NCBI RefSeq assembly: GCF_018977255.1
Contig: NW_024704742.1
Span: 128,156,001 to 128,220,000, forward strand
Direction: 5' to 3'
Source: Callorhinchus milii
Lineage: Eukaryota
Length of the DNA stretch: 64,000 nt
Below, piece after piece: positions 38,767 to 51,512 of the stretch; the first letter of the stretch is position 1, and every line of letters starts with the position of its first letter. Both the position numbers and the translations under genes were made by a program. The notes beneath the pieces were generated by a model that was not told where the DNA came from, did not search any database, and was given only the letters and a program-made list of their open reading frames with translations.

Positions 38767-39706
38767 TAAGTAGCCACTCAGCCAAGTGTGACTGATTCCC
38801 ACTGGAAGATATTATAACTTTCACACTTAATTATGATGAACAATGCCTGCTATTAGAGAGTTAAATAAGGAAGTAACTATTATCAAACCTTCAAATGAGA
38901 ATAATATTCATCCCACCAAAAACAGTAGTTAGCTAAAATAAGCTAAAATGTACTTGGATGGCCAGCAGCAAGCAAAGAATGCTGAATCACTGCCAATAAT
39001 CGGATCCAGGAGAGTGGGTTCCCCCTTATTTTCACAGGATAAACTTGGCTTCTGGTTCATACAAATAAGTTTCATAACAGTGGGCATGGGGGGAACTTAT
39101 TGGCAGGATACGCTATTCTTGGTTGATTTTGGTCTGGTACGCAGAAACCATTGATCCATAGAAAAGTATAATACAGTAGGAGGCCAGTTGGCCCATTATT
39201 CTATGTCAGTGTTTGCTCCTCCAAGAAGTACAAAATACAGTCACTCCACTTTACAGTATGTCCTGTGAAGCACTTTGAGATGTTCCCCCAACATGAAAAG
39301 AACTGTACCAAATGTAATGATTATCATTATTAAAAGCACCAATACTGTACACCATTCATTGATCAACATGTCATCGCTAGATTTTCAACATTGGATTCAA
39401 CCTGGTATTGTGATTTAGTAGCTCAATATAAATGCTATACCAAATATAGGTATTGTAAGGATTATTGTTCTTGGTTACATATTCAAAAAATTCTATCAGA
39501 CCAGTCAGACATCATCTGTCCTTTGCAAAACTGTGCCCTTATCAGTTCTAGATTTCTAAATGTTCCACAACAACATCCTCTATGACCTCAAGCAATTTCC
39601 CTACAACTCACATGAGACTCACCAGTCTATAGCTCCCTAGCTCTTCCTTTTTTTATTTCTTAGGCAGCGGTGTTTCTAGACTCTGAGACAATCTTGGCGA
39701 CTACCG

Positions 39707-39806
39707 AATTCTGGAAAGCGATAATCAGTGATGAAGCAAACATCATTGCTTCAATTTTGGAAACCGATAATCAATGATGAAGCAACCATCATTGCTTCAT
39801 CATTGA
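39707..39806. repeat. 46-bp tandem duplication ending in a perfect 15-bp hairpin
   Basis: Units 39707-39752 and 39753-39798; stem TCAATGATGAAGCAA/TTGCTTCATCATTGA. Confidence 0.9.
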
Positions 39807-39849
39807 CTCCCCTCAGGATTCTTGATACATCCCATTGGATGCAATACTA

Positions 39850-40140
39850 TGCTTCGAGAATCTCCAAACAGCACTACTGAGAGTTCCACATAGGTATAGA
39901 AAATTCTATTTGTCTGGAGTCGACACTCTTTCCCTGGAGGGATGCACCATATTTACCTAATCCCAGAGATTTTTGGTACAGATTGCCAAGAGACTTGAGG
40001 ATCCTGCATTGGCTACTTGTTGAGTTTAACCAACTAAATTGCGAATACTGGTAAGCTTCCCGCTTCTTATCCAGCTATGACCACCCTACCAGTTAAGGCT
40101 TTGGCTTGCAAGGTTAATAGGGGCTGAGTTGGAAGAATTA
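39850..40140 (-). mobile_element. Unclassified repeat 'family X', copy 3
   Basis: ACTGAGAGTTCCAC...CCCTGGAGGGATGCA...CTGGTAAGCTTCCC...GACCACCCTACC...GGCTTGCAAGGTTAA. Confidence 0.75.
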
Positions 40141-40371
40141 ATCAGCCTTGGAATACTGAGGACCTATCTGGCTCAGGAATCATGACCGCCATATCAAAAT
40201 TATCTTGGAGCCATCTCAAACCCAAAGAGACTACTTATCTGCTCCATTGGCTGAAAATTGCCACTATTCTCAAGAGATTCTATGGGATAATTAGCACATT
40301 GAATGTGTTAAGAAACATCACAATGTTAATTCCTAAATTTCATATGTTACACCCTTGCCTCAAATCCCCAC

Positions 40372-40968
40372 AAACGTTAGGCAAGTTTCCTTACTCCACA
40401 CATCTCTGCTTACCTAGCAGTAAGCAGGAATCTGGTTGTTAGTTGATTGGTGGATTGCTTTTCCGGGGGTAATAATCCCTTAAAAAAAATGTGGTCATTC
40501 AATCCACAACTGTTTGTGGGACACTGTTGTGCGCAATTGGCTGCAGCCACAATATACAGACAATTCACCTTACAGTATATTCTGTGAAGCGCTTTGAGAC
40601 GTCTTGAAGATGTTATAAGGCACTATATCCTGTAGCTCCTGTAGCTTAGTGGTTAGAGCACTCGCCTCACAAGCGAGAGATCTGGGTTCAATTCCTGGCA
40701 GGGTGAAACCTTGGGCAAGTTTCCTTACTCCACATGCCTGATAATAATTCCTCAAGGTAAAAAAACAATAATAATTTGATCACTCAATCCATGACTGTTT
40801 GTGAGACACTGCCTTGTGCAATTGGCTGCTGTGTTTCACCCACAAAATATACAAGCAATTCACTTTACAGTATATTCTGTGAAACGCTTTGAGACATCTA
40901 GAAGACGTGAAAAGCGCTATATCAAATGCAAGGATTATTATTATATCAAATGCAAGGATTATTATTAT
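40372..40968 (+). mobile_element. Head-to-tail SINE pair: truncated long form (40372-40630), then short form (40637-40968) with duplicated tail
   Basis: Two central blocks and two tails; terminal ATCAAATGCAAGGATTATTATTAT repeated twice. Confidence 0.88.
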
Positions 40969-42582
40969 ATTATCCATATGATAATGGGTTGTATAATGTA
41001 AATAGAGACATGCGCCTGCAGTGACATAGTGCTGTTAGCCTGATTTTCTTGGAGGAAAGACAAACATCTTTTTTATTTCAAAGGAAATTTGAAAAGAAGT
41101 CAAAACTATAATCTTGAAACAATCTCTCTTTAGAGATTCCATAAAGCAACTTAGTACAGATTTAGAGCTTTAGTTGGTGATAATAGAATTGAGCAGTTTA
41201 GATGTATCCTAACATCCCCAGGGAAATTAGAGACAAATAATCAGAGGATTTTTTTTAGAAGATTAGAAAACTAGGGGTTGTATTTAAGAACTAGAAGATA
41301 GCAATTATTTTTTAAAAAGTCACAACATGTATCATATAATTACAGGACGACTAGTCTAATCTCGCGCAGAAAATATTCAAGAGATTTTTTTAGACAATGT
41401 TATTCATTTAAAGAGTGGTGTGGATCCTTTTCTAGTGTAATGGTGGGTATGAACCAAGTCCTCATCAGATGATGTAAAACCATAAAAATTTACAGCACAG
41501 AGGAAGGCCATTCAGTCCTTCATGTCAAATGCAACTTCTAGCTTTCTAATCTTCTAATATATTAACCAGACCTCTGATTATTTTGCCTTTAATTTCCCTG
41601 GGAATTTTAGGATGCATCTTAACATTTTAGGATGCATGTTAACTGCTTGAGTTTATCACAAAGAAACCTGTAAAACTGTGAATGAAGTTGGATTGTTTGT
41701 GGGGTCTCTACAGAGAGGATGCTTCGAGATGTCTCATTTTCTGGGGCTTCAGGGGAGATTCCATTTGCTCACAGATACTGATTTATTATTCATGCCCTGG
41801 ATTTGTAGAATGCACGTTTATACACATACACATCTCGCACACTCATGCACACAATAGCACAGTTATAAACATATCAAACACGCCAATACAAGCACACCCC
41901 ACACTCCATCACATACTGAACATACACTCATATACACACCTGCTCAAGCACACATATAAACACACCCAACACAAGGGATGAATTAAGGGATGGGGGAGGG
42001 GGGGTCCTAAACTAGATCACGTTTAGTGGTGATTTGTGAATAAGTGGGTGGGGGGGTGGGAGGTCGCTGATTTGTGGGGTGGGGGGTGCCCAGTGGCAAA
42101 AAGTGCTGTGTGTTTTTTTTATCCTTTTTGGTAGCAGCAGCGATTTTCCTCTCCTTCAGGCTCCCACCATGCACTATCCTACCATGCACTGAGTCAAGGT
42201 GCGGTGTGCGCCTGTGCAAGAAAGTAGGTATTCTGCGCCTGTGTTGGCCAGAAAACCCAATGTGTGCTTGTGGGTAAGTGACTATAAGGTGGATGTGCAG
42301 CTGAGCAGTTGATTCCTGGAGACCAAGCGATGGCACTGCTGGTGCTGCCAGCGGCTCTCGGTAAATCGGGAACCATTCATGGGGGCACTCAGGAATCATT
42401 CAAGGAGGCCCTTGGGAAATTTCCCGATTTCCCTGGTAATATCTATATCAGGGTTCCTCAAATCTTGGGACCCCAATTAGTGTTCCACAAGCTTAGAAAC
42501 TAGTTGGTTCATTGGGTAATCCAGCCCTGCCAACAACACATTTAACACGCACACACATGCATTCACATACACAAACATAATC

Positions 42583-42896
42583 GAGTCCTGTAGCTCAGTG
42601 GTTAGAGCACTCGCCTTGCAAGCGAGACACCTGAGTTCAATTCCCAGCAGGGCGAAACCTTGGGCAAGTTTCCGTACTCCACATGTCTAATAATAATCCC
42701 TCCAAAAATAAAACGATAATAAATTGGTCATTTTCAATCCACGATTGTTTGTGGGACACTGCTCTGCGCAATTGGCTGCCGCATTTCGCCCACAAATATA
42801 CGGTCAATTCACTTTACGGTATATTCTGTGAAGTGCTTTGAGACGTCTAGAAGACGTGAAAAGCGTTATATCAAATGCAAGGATTATTATTATTAT
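42583..42896 (+). mobile_element. tRNA-Ala-derived SINE, short form, full length
   Basis: Perfect anticodon arm CTCGC-CTTGCAA-GCGAG, A and B boxes, tail. Confidence 0.92.
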
Positions 42897-44344
42897 AATG
42901 TATTCTAGCATAACCACATACACATATACAAACATGCGTACAACTACACACACAACTGCACACACACAAATATATATATATATACACACACAGACCATAC
43001 AAACACACACATATACACACACACAAACAGACCTACAGAACTTTCTCAAAAGCTCAGGGGAAACAAAGGTGAATATACTGTAATTTCTCGAGATGGTATT
43101 CAGTAGTAGTTAAATCCCTGTACAATACATGGCCTGCAGACTGGAATTCTGCAAACAATTTCCCATTAAATTGCTGGGTAGAATATAAACAGCGGGCTCT
43201 CCAAAATGGAAAGGTATGAAACACTCAAGAAGGCTGTCAGAGTACTTATGATTAACGGCTGGAGTACCTCTGCAAACTTTTCCTCTAATGACACAGTTTG
43301 GATTCCTTGTGAGATATTTCTACTTCTGAGATGGACATCTAATTAGAGTTCGTCAAGCATAGAAACTATGACTCAAGTTTAATTATAGTTGACATCTAGA
43401 CATGAGCTAAGAAAAGAGAACTTGTGCCATGAAATAATGAGGCCTTCCAATAAACAGAACAGGCTGCTCAGCCCCTAATGATCACATTTCTGACAAGTTC
43501 AATTTGACACAATTTTTTGCCATTAAATTGGGTGATGCATTTGTGAATGCAACCTTTAGTGAAGGAGAGAAAAAGAGGAAGGTGTGTTTTTTTTTTGCTC
43601 TTTACTGATTATATTTCAAAGACCGAGGATTAGTTACAGGTTTCAACTGCGGGTAATGGGCAGTTTTTTGACACCTAAGTTATGACATCACGCAACACGA
43701 TCTGTTTTGGAACCACCTGTTTTGCTCTATGAAAAGAGTTTTGATTTCCCAGGTCACTTGATCTGCTCCACGCTAACCCCTCTGGAACAGTTGCAGATAG
43801 TATCTCTCGCTTACCAGGCATCTGTTTCAATAATAAGCCTAACCCACGATGCATCAACTCCGACCTTAGCCCCTCAGCTGCTCAGTAATCATGGGCACAA
43901 CAATTCATATTTTGGTACTAAGATCACACAACTTTGGAAAATATTGCTCAAAAGTTAAATATTCTCTGCTAAGTGTCGCCAATAACGCAACGAGCAGTCA
44001 TTTTTTTTCTTTTTTGGGCGAATACCTGAAACATGAAGTTATCCTCAGTGGGTTATGTAGCAAGAATTCACAGTGCTGTTAAAGTGTTCATGTATCTAGA
44101 TAAAATTGGTTACTTATTAAGTATAAATAATGAAATCTAAGAGGCCATTATACTGGAACTATGTTTCCAACACATTTCCTTCTTTACTTTGTAAAGCTTT
44201 GTAAATGGAAAATATAAAGTGTACCATTGTCATTGGGAATTCCTTCCTTCTCTGCTATACTTGCTTTTTCAGTCCTTGCAAAATGTTCATATTGCCCATT
44301 TTCTCCCTCTGTAAGCATTCAAAGGTATAATAAATAAAAAGAAA

Positions 44345-44634
44345 CCTTGCATTTGATATAGTGCTTTTTCATGTCTTCTAGATGTCTCAAAGTGCTTTAT
44401 GTTGTAAAGTGAATTGACCGTACATTTGTGGACGAAACGCAGCAGCCAATTCCGCACAGCAGTGTCCCACAAACAGTCGTGGATTGAGTGACCAAATTAT
44501 TATTATTTTCTTTTCTTGAGGGATTATTATTAGCCATGTCGAGTAAGGAAACTTGCCCAAGGTTTTTGCCAGGAATGGAAACCAGGTCTCTCGCTTGCGA
44601 GGCGAGTGGTTTAACCACTGAGCTACAGGACTCC
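44345..44634 (-). mobile_element. tRNA-Ala-derived SINE, short form
   Basis: Ends CTCGCTTGCGAGGCGAG...AACCACTGAGCTACAGGACTCC. Confidence 0.9.
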
Positions 44635-44699
44635 ACAGGTATGTGAGCCACCAGTATGCACTTTACATTAGAATTACAAGTTAGACTTTGCAGATATCA

Positions 44700-45250
44700 G
44701 AGTCCTGTAGCATATTGATTAGAGCACTCGCCTCACAAGTGAGAGGTACAATTCCTGGGCAAGACCCACAAATATACGGTCAATTCACTTTACTGTCTAT
44801 TCTGTGAAGCGCTTTGAGACATCGAGAAGACGTGAAAAGCGCTATATCAAATGCAAGGATTATTATTATTATTATTAAGGCGAAATCTTAAGTAAGTTTC
44901 CTTACTCCACATGCCTCTGTTTATCTAAGCAACAACAACAACAACTTGCATTTATATAGCGCCCTTCACATGGGGATAGCATTCCGGAGCGCTTACTTAG
45001 CAGTAAATAGGAACCAGTTGTTAGTCGATTGGTAGATTTCTTTCTGGGGTAATAATTCCTTAAAAAAAATTTGGTTACTCAATCCACGACTGTTTGTGGG
45101 ACACTGCTATAAGCAATTGGCTGTTGTATTTTGCCACAAAATATACAATCAATTTGCTTTAGATTATATTCTGCGAGGCGCTTTGAGACGTCTCAATGCC
45201 ATGATAAGGCCCTGTATCAAATGCAAGGATTATTCCTGTTGTTATTATTA
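44700..45250 (+). mobile_element. Long-form SINE carrying two nested insertions
   Basis: Truncated SINE tail at ~44764-44877 and inverted L2 terminus at ~44931-44996 interrupt an otherwise colinear copy. Confidence 0.8.
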
Positions 45251-46559
45251 TCTAATTATATTAATGATTAATATTAAATAATTTAAGCATTCTGGGGCAG
45301 GGGATATTGTTCACTTGTTGGTAAACCTTCTAACCTTGATGATGAGTTTGTGTCCGTCTGCATTTCTGGCAAAATTTGCCAAATTTTGCAGTGTGTGTCC
45401 TTATAATGATATTACAATAGGACACCCATCCAGTTTTGGTACATTTACCATCAGAGATTAACTGACCACTGTCCAGTTTGGTCATAGTTTGGCGTGAAAA
45501 AACATGTGGACACTCAATCCACAACTGTTTTTGGACCACTGCTGTGCGTAATTGGCTGCCATGTTCGCCCACAAAATATACAGTACAATGCAGTACTTTA
45601 CAATATATTCTGTGAAGTGCTTTGAGATGTCTGAACAACATAAGGTGTCACATCAAATGCAAGGATTATTATTATATTATTATAATAATTTTAAAAAGTT
45701 TTTGAATTTTTAGATAAGCCATATGTACAAACTCTCTTGCACCCCATGAATCCTTTCTTAAACCTAATATATTTGTAAACCACCCTGAAAGTTGGGCTGA
45801 TCAGATTATTGATGGTGGGACAAAATATATCAGTTGCAATATATGTGTCGTATCTGTTAAGAACAGACTTTTGTGTTTGACACATACAGTGTTGGAAGTT
45901 GAAACAATGCACTTAGCCAAGTTGACTACGAGATTACTCAATTCAGCCTCAGTGAGTTTTACTTAACACGGTGTAAACTCCTGAACCGATCACATAAAAA
46001 CAGTACAGAACTCACAAAAAGATCTTGCATAACTGCCTACAGAGTCAGCACTTGCAAACCACATTAACAAGCTATTTGCATAAAAATAACAATCTATGGA
46101 AAATTGGACTCAAGAAGTCTTGCCAGCGCAATTCTCAAAGGCTGGAGCAACTAAATGATGAACTGATTTAAACAGGGGAGCAAGGGTAGTGCTACCTGAG
46201 GGAATTCTTTCTTTTTTTGCTAGCTCCGGCTGTCAGTCAGTTCATGCATTAAACCTAAGGGAGAGCAAAAGTTCACCTGAATTAGTGATCTCAGTTTCAC
46301 AACAGCAGCTTAGACCCTTGGCGATGACCCTGACTGCATATCTGCTCTTTCCTTAGTCATTTCCAGATTCCATGTTCCACAAGACACATATTTGATGCAA
46401 CACATATTTGATGCTCCCCCACACTGCCCAGTGTACAAATCTATTTTTCATCGTCTTGCCCTTAAGAGAATTCCCTGAAATTGTAAAATGATGTAGAATT
46501 TCAGATGGCTCTTCAATTTCAAAGCCGAATTTCCGTTGTTCTTAATAGATAACTTCCAA

Positions 46560-46800
46560 ATTAAGGCAATGATTCCAAATTGAGCGAGTAGTAAATGTAT
46601 GGAACAGGCTCCCTGGAGAGACAGTAGAAACAGAGAACGTTGATTATTTCAAAAGCAAATTAGATGGATTTATTTTAGGAAATAATATCTTGGGATATAG
46701 TATGTAATTTGGGACATGACATGTGCATGTGAGTGCCAGGATGGAGGAAGGCAAATTGGTTGGACCATGGTCTTCTTTCATCTAGCAAGTCTTCTGTTCT
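46560..46800 (+). mobile_element. CR1-like LINE 3' end
   Basis: GAGCGAGTAGTAAATGTATGGAACAGGCTCCC (RVVNVWNRLP) ... TTCAAAAGCAAATTAGATG (FKSKLD). Confidence 0.7.
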
Positions 46801-48529
46801 TAAAGCAGAGCTTAGGAATTTTCAAAATTTTAAGGTTATCACCTTGGGACCTTAAATTCTTAAAGGAAGTGAAACTCCATCTTAGGTTCATATTGAGCTA
46901 TCAAATCCAAAACTAGATTGAACAATACAATTTGAAAGTCTAACATTGACATGAATGATGGGCTTACAGTATTGGTGCGTTTAATAATAATAATAATCTT
47001 TACATTTGGTATAGTGCACGTCAGGATGATGTCCAAAAGTGCTTCACAGAATATACTGTAAAGTGGAGTGACTGTGTTTTTGTGCGTGAACAAAAGGTTT
47101 AAGGTTTAAGCCTGTTCATACTTCTTTATCTTGATCGATAACTAACCCTGCTTCGAGAAATCTTTCTCTTTCCTTCTTTTGGATGTAAACAATGCACCCT
47201 ACAACTTATGTTACATCACTCAGTGCATAATAAACTCACATTGAGGTTGAAATACCCTTCGTAGCTATTACATGTGGCGATCAAGTGGGATTGCTTGTTG
47301 ATGAGCACCATCTGGTGGATTTAGGTTTCATGCATTTATCTGTGGGACTTGCCTCATGAGCAATTAATCGTATTTTCCCCCTTTCAAGATTTCAGCAGAC
47401 AAAACAATCAGTCCCACATTGGAACTGACCGCTGTTTAGCCTTATTGGTGATAAAAAAAAAGTTTGTCTCCCCAATCAAGGAAGTGTTGTATTATTAGAA
47501 ACACTGGCCTTCTGATGACAAGTTAAACTGAGGTCGATCTGCCTGTTTAATTGGATGTTAAGGATTCGATAGGAATATTCAAAACAAATATGGAATTGTT
47601 CCCAGTGTCCTGATCTACGATCCTGCAGAAATAATTGATTATTCACTTTATGGTTGTTTATGGTATATTGCCACGTGCAGATTGTTGAATGTGTTCATCT
47701 ACAAATACAGATACTCACAATTTTACAGCCATTCTTGTGAAGCTCTTTGAGACATCTCCTGATGTGAAAGGCACTATATCAAATGAAAAGTTTATTATTA
47801 TTATTATTATCGTCCTAACAAAAATGATGCTATATAAATGTAAATTGTTGTTTAACCCACAGGCTTCTGACTCAGTGTTACCAACTTAAGACAGGCTGAT
47901 TTGTTCTTTTATGTGGGAAAATGTCTCAAAGTCCCTCAACAAGGATGGTGTAGATCATCGACAATGGATAAGAGGAAAGTAACTGGAAATGTGGTCAAAG
48001 AGGTAGGTTTTTATAATAGGGGATTGTGGGTGGGAGGAGAAATATTGGACTTCAGAATTATTGGGAATAAAGCATTTTGTGGTGGGAATAATGGGTTTGC
48101 TGATACTATAGCTACAACATGTACACAAATCACATTCAGAAAAGAAAAATTGTACTAGCTTTTTTAAAACAAGTCAAAAAAAATATTTAGCCCAATTACA
48201 CTAAGAGTGAACAGCTAACTTGTTAAGAATATGGCTCTGCAAATTATATTTTTTGAGAAATATAACATTTATGTACTCAGCGCTTCCTTAAAAATACGCT
48301 TGAAAGTTTACTCCCTGATGCATCCTGATCTGATCTCACCTGCAGTGACTGCAGGGATTGAGAGAGAAAAAACAGCCAATATTCTATCCCCTAGTTACTG
48401 TTTAGTGACCCTGCTGGACAGCATTTGAACCATGCATTTGATAAAATACATTTCACGCCAGGAGGTTGTCTCAAAACGATTCACAGATTTTACTGTAAAG
48501 TGAAGTGGCACTTTTTATTTACATGTTCC

Positions 48530-49485
48530 CGCTCGGTAATATTATCCGCAGGCGAGGGATTGACATCCACGTGTATGCGGATGACACCCAACTCTATCTC
48601 TCTGTCTCCACATTGAACTACAGGACCACTGCTGTCCTGACGGATTGTCTGTCAGAGATCAGTCCTGGATGAAAGCTAACTTTCTCCAGTTGAATGTCGA
48701 CAAGATTGAGGCTCTCCTGCTTGGCTCCTCACCTCTGGTGCTGACAGCATCACTATTCATGGATGCACTCTCCACCTCATCGAGCCAGTACCGAATCTTG
48801 ATGCCTTGTTTGATCCTCAACTATCCTCTAAATCCATATGCGTACTTTGACCCATTCAACCTTCTCCCACTCTACAGCATTACGTGCTGCCGTCACTAGC
48901 TCCCCACTCAGGGTGCTGAGACTTTCATTCATGCTTTCATCATATCAAGCTTGACTATGCTAACTCCCTGCTCGCCAGACTTCCCAACTCTTCCCTCTAC
49001 AACTGCAGATTATTCAGAACTCTGCAGCTTGTGGCCTCACTAAGCTCTATGAGCCAATTACCCCCAGCCTCGCCCAGCTTCACTGGCTCCCTATTCCCCA
49101 GAGGATCGAGTTTCAGATCCTCATCCTCACTTTTAAAGCCCTCCACAGTCTTGCCCCACCTTACCTCTGCTACTACTAAAACCTTACCAATCTGCCCACT
49201 CACTCTGCTCAGCAGGTACTGGCCTGATCCATGTCCCCCGCCCTGCCTGTCCCACCATCAGCTGTTGGACCTTCAGCCTTTCTGCCCCCCCCACCACTGT
49301 AACTCCCTTCAACTCCCCCCCCCCACCCACCCACCACCCCCAGCCTCCTTCAAGGTCCATCTCAAGACCTTCCTCTTTGACTTTCCACCCGTTTTGATTG
49401 CAACCCCTAGCCCCTTGACTGTCCAGGGCCTTGGGTTTTCTTCCCGACAAAAAAGGCAATGTATAAATGCAGTTGGTTGTTGTTG
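48530..49485 (+). mobile_element. L2 3' ~1 kb, frameshifted
   Basis: TATGCGGATGACACCCAACTCTAT (YADDTQLY), WMKANFLQLNVDKIE, CTTCACTGGCTCCCT (LHWLP), tail. Confidence 0.9.
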
Positions 49486-50199
49486 TATATTTTGTAGCTG
49501 AATATAAGGATTAATAGTGATTTGTGTATTCAATATCCCACAAATAGGATGAAGTGAATCGTAACTCTTAACTGAAGAATTGTTGGCCGAGAAATCAGGA
49601 AAATCTCCCTTCTCTTTTCAAACAGTGCCATGGAACTTTAACATCCACCTGAACAAGCAGAGAGGACCTCAATTTAATGTTTCCTCTGAAGCACAGCACC
49701 TCCGACAATGCAGAGGTCCCTCTGTTTGCCTCAGAGTTAATGCCATTGCTTGACCTCCACTCGTAGTGCAGCCAGCAACGCAATACAAAAACAGAGTTAA
49801 ATAGGCTGGGTGAGCGAGACAGGCACTGGTGCAAAGAGACTAGAGGGAATTTAAAAGAAAATGGTGGGGTGGGGAGCGGGGGACAACTAACTTCACTTAA
49901 TGAAGTGATTAATGAAGTATTGTCGCAGGTAATTAAACCATGAGAGGAGTTAATGAATTCCTTGTGAAGTATCCAAATTCTGTCAGGGAATCATTTATTT
50001 TGAATTGTGCGACCAGAGAAATTAATTAATTTAGATTAAACAAATGAAACCCTTTGAGGGATTTTTTTACAAAAAGGCAAAATTTATCCTGATGTGAGAT
50101 TAATTGATTCAAATCATTTTATCAAACCTTATGATTGATTGCTTGGTTGGTTGATTGTACTCTGCTATTTTCCCTCTATTTTTCCCCTTTACTCTTGTC

Positions 50200-50990
50200 T
50201 GATGGGCTCACGCCTCTGCACCTCAGGCTTTGGCACCATCAACCTCCATGGTTGCACATTACAACTCACCAAGCCAGTCAGGAACCTAGGTGTCTTGTTC
50301 GACCTTCAACTGTCTTTTCTTCCCCACATTCAAGCCATTACCCGCTCTGCCTTCCCTCACCTCCATAACATCGCCCGACTCCGCCACTACCTGACCACTC
50401 AGGCCACTGAAACTCTTGTTCATGCCTTCATCATCTCCAGGCTCGACTATGCAAAGCCCTCTTGTCGGCCTTCTCAACTCCTCCCTCCACTGGTTGCAGA
50501 TAATCCAAAACTCTCCCGCACCAAACTCCGTGACCCTATCTTCTCCACTCTCGCCTGACTCCACTGGCTCCCCATCCTTCAGAGGATCCAGTTCAAGATC
50601 CTGGTCCTCACCTACAAAGCCCACCATGGCCTCACCCCACCTTACATCTGCGACCTCCTAACCTCCTACCAACCCACCCGCTCAGCCGGCTCCAGCCTGC
50701 TCCACATCCCCCGCCCCACCCGCCCCACCATTGGTGTGAGAGCCTTCAGCCATTCTGACCCAACCTCTGGAATTCCATCCTCCAATCACTCCACCTCACC
50801 CCCTCCTTAGCCTCCTTCATATCCCGCCTCAAGACCCTCCTCTTCGACCATTCCATCAGCCAACCCCTTCCCTTCCCTTTTCCCCCCCGACCCCAGCTCG
50901 GGTCTGAAATGCTGTACACTGTCCAGCACCTTGGGATGTCCACCCGACGTGAAAGGTGCTGTACAAATGTAATCTTGTTGTTGTTGTTGT
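50200..50990 (+). mobile_element. L2 3' fragment (tail type B)
   Basis: KPVRNLGVLFD...ETLVHAFIISRLDY; LHWLP; (TTG)n tail. Confidence 0.9.
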
Positions 50991-51195
50991 CTTCTGTAAA
51001 GTCAGTTCAAGAGGGAATTGGATAACAACTAGATGAAGGAATCAATTAAGAGCTTTAAGAAACAGAATAGTGTAGGATCTTCATTTCACCTTATCCCCCA
51101 ATGGCCCCTGGATCTATGCGTGAAAAGAGTTCAGGAAAAGCAGAAGAACAGGACTAAGTGGATAGATTTCAGTAAACTAGTCCAGGAATAATTGT

Positions 51196-51512
51196 GGAGT
51201 CCTGTAGCTCAGTGGTTAAAGCACTCGCCTCGCAAGCGAGAGACCTGGGTTTGGTTCCCGGCAAGGTGAACTGTTGGGCAAGTTTCCTTACTCCACATAC
51301 CTGATAATAATCCCTCAAGAAAAAAAACAATAAGAAATTGTGCACTTCAATCCACGACTGTTTGTGGGACACTGCTGTGTGCAATTGGCTGCCGCGTTTC
51401 ACCCACAAAATATACAGTCAATTCACTTTACAGTATATTCTGTGAAGCACTTTGAGACGTCTCAAAGACATGATACTGCACTATATCAAATGCAAGGATT
51501 ATTATTATTATT
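51196..51512 (+). mobile_element. tRNA-Ala-derived SINE, short form
   Basis: Head CTCGC-CTCGCAA-GCGAG (anticodon CGC), tail. Confidence 0.9.

Noticed and set aside
39707..39806. CRISPR-like palindromic repeats
   Set aside because: Only two contiguous units, no unique spacers, eukaryotic context
40070..40095. Family X segment GGTAGGGTGGTCATAGCT resembling 7SK RNA (GTAGGGTAGTCAAGCT, from memory)
   Set aside because: Match is short and spacing to other 7SK features does not fit; needs cmscan
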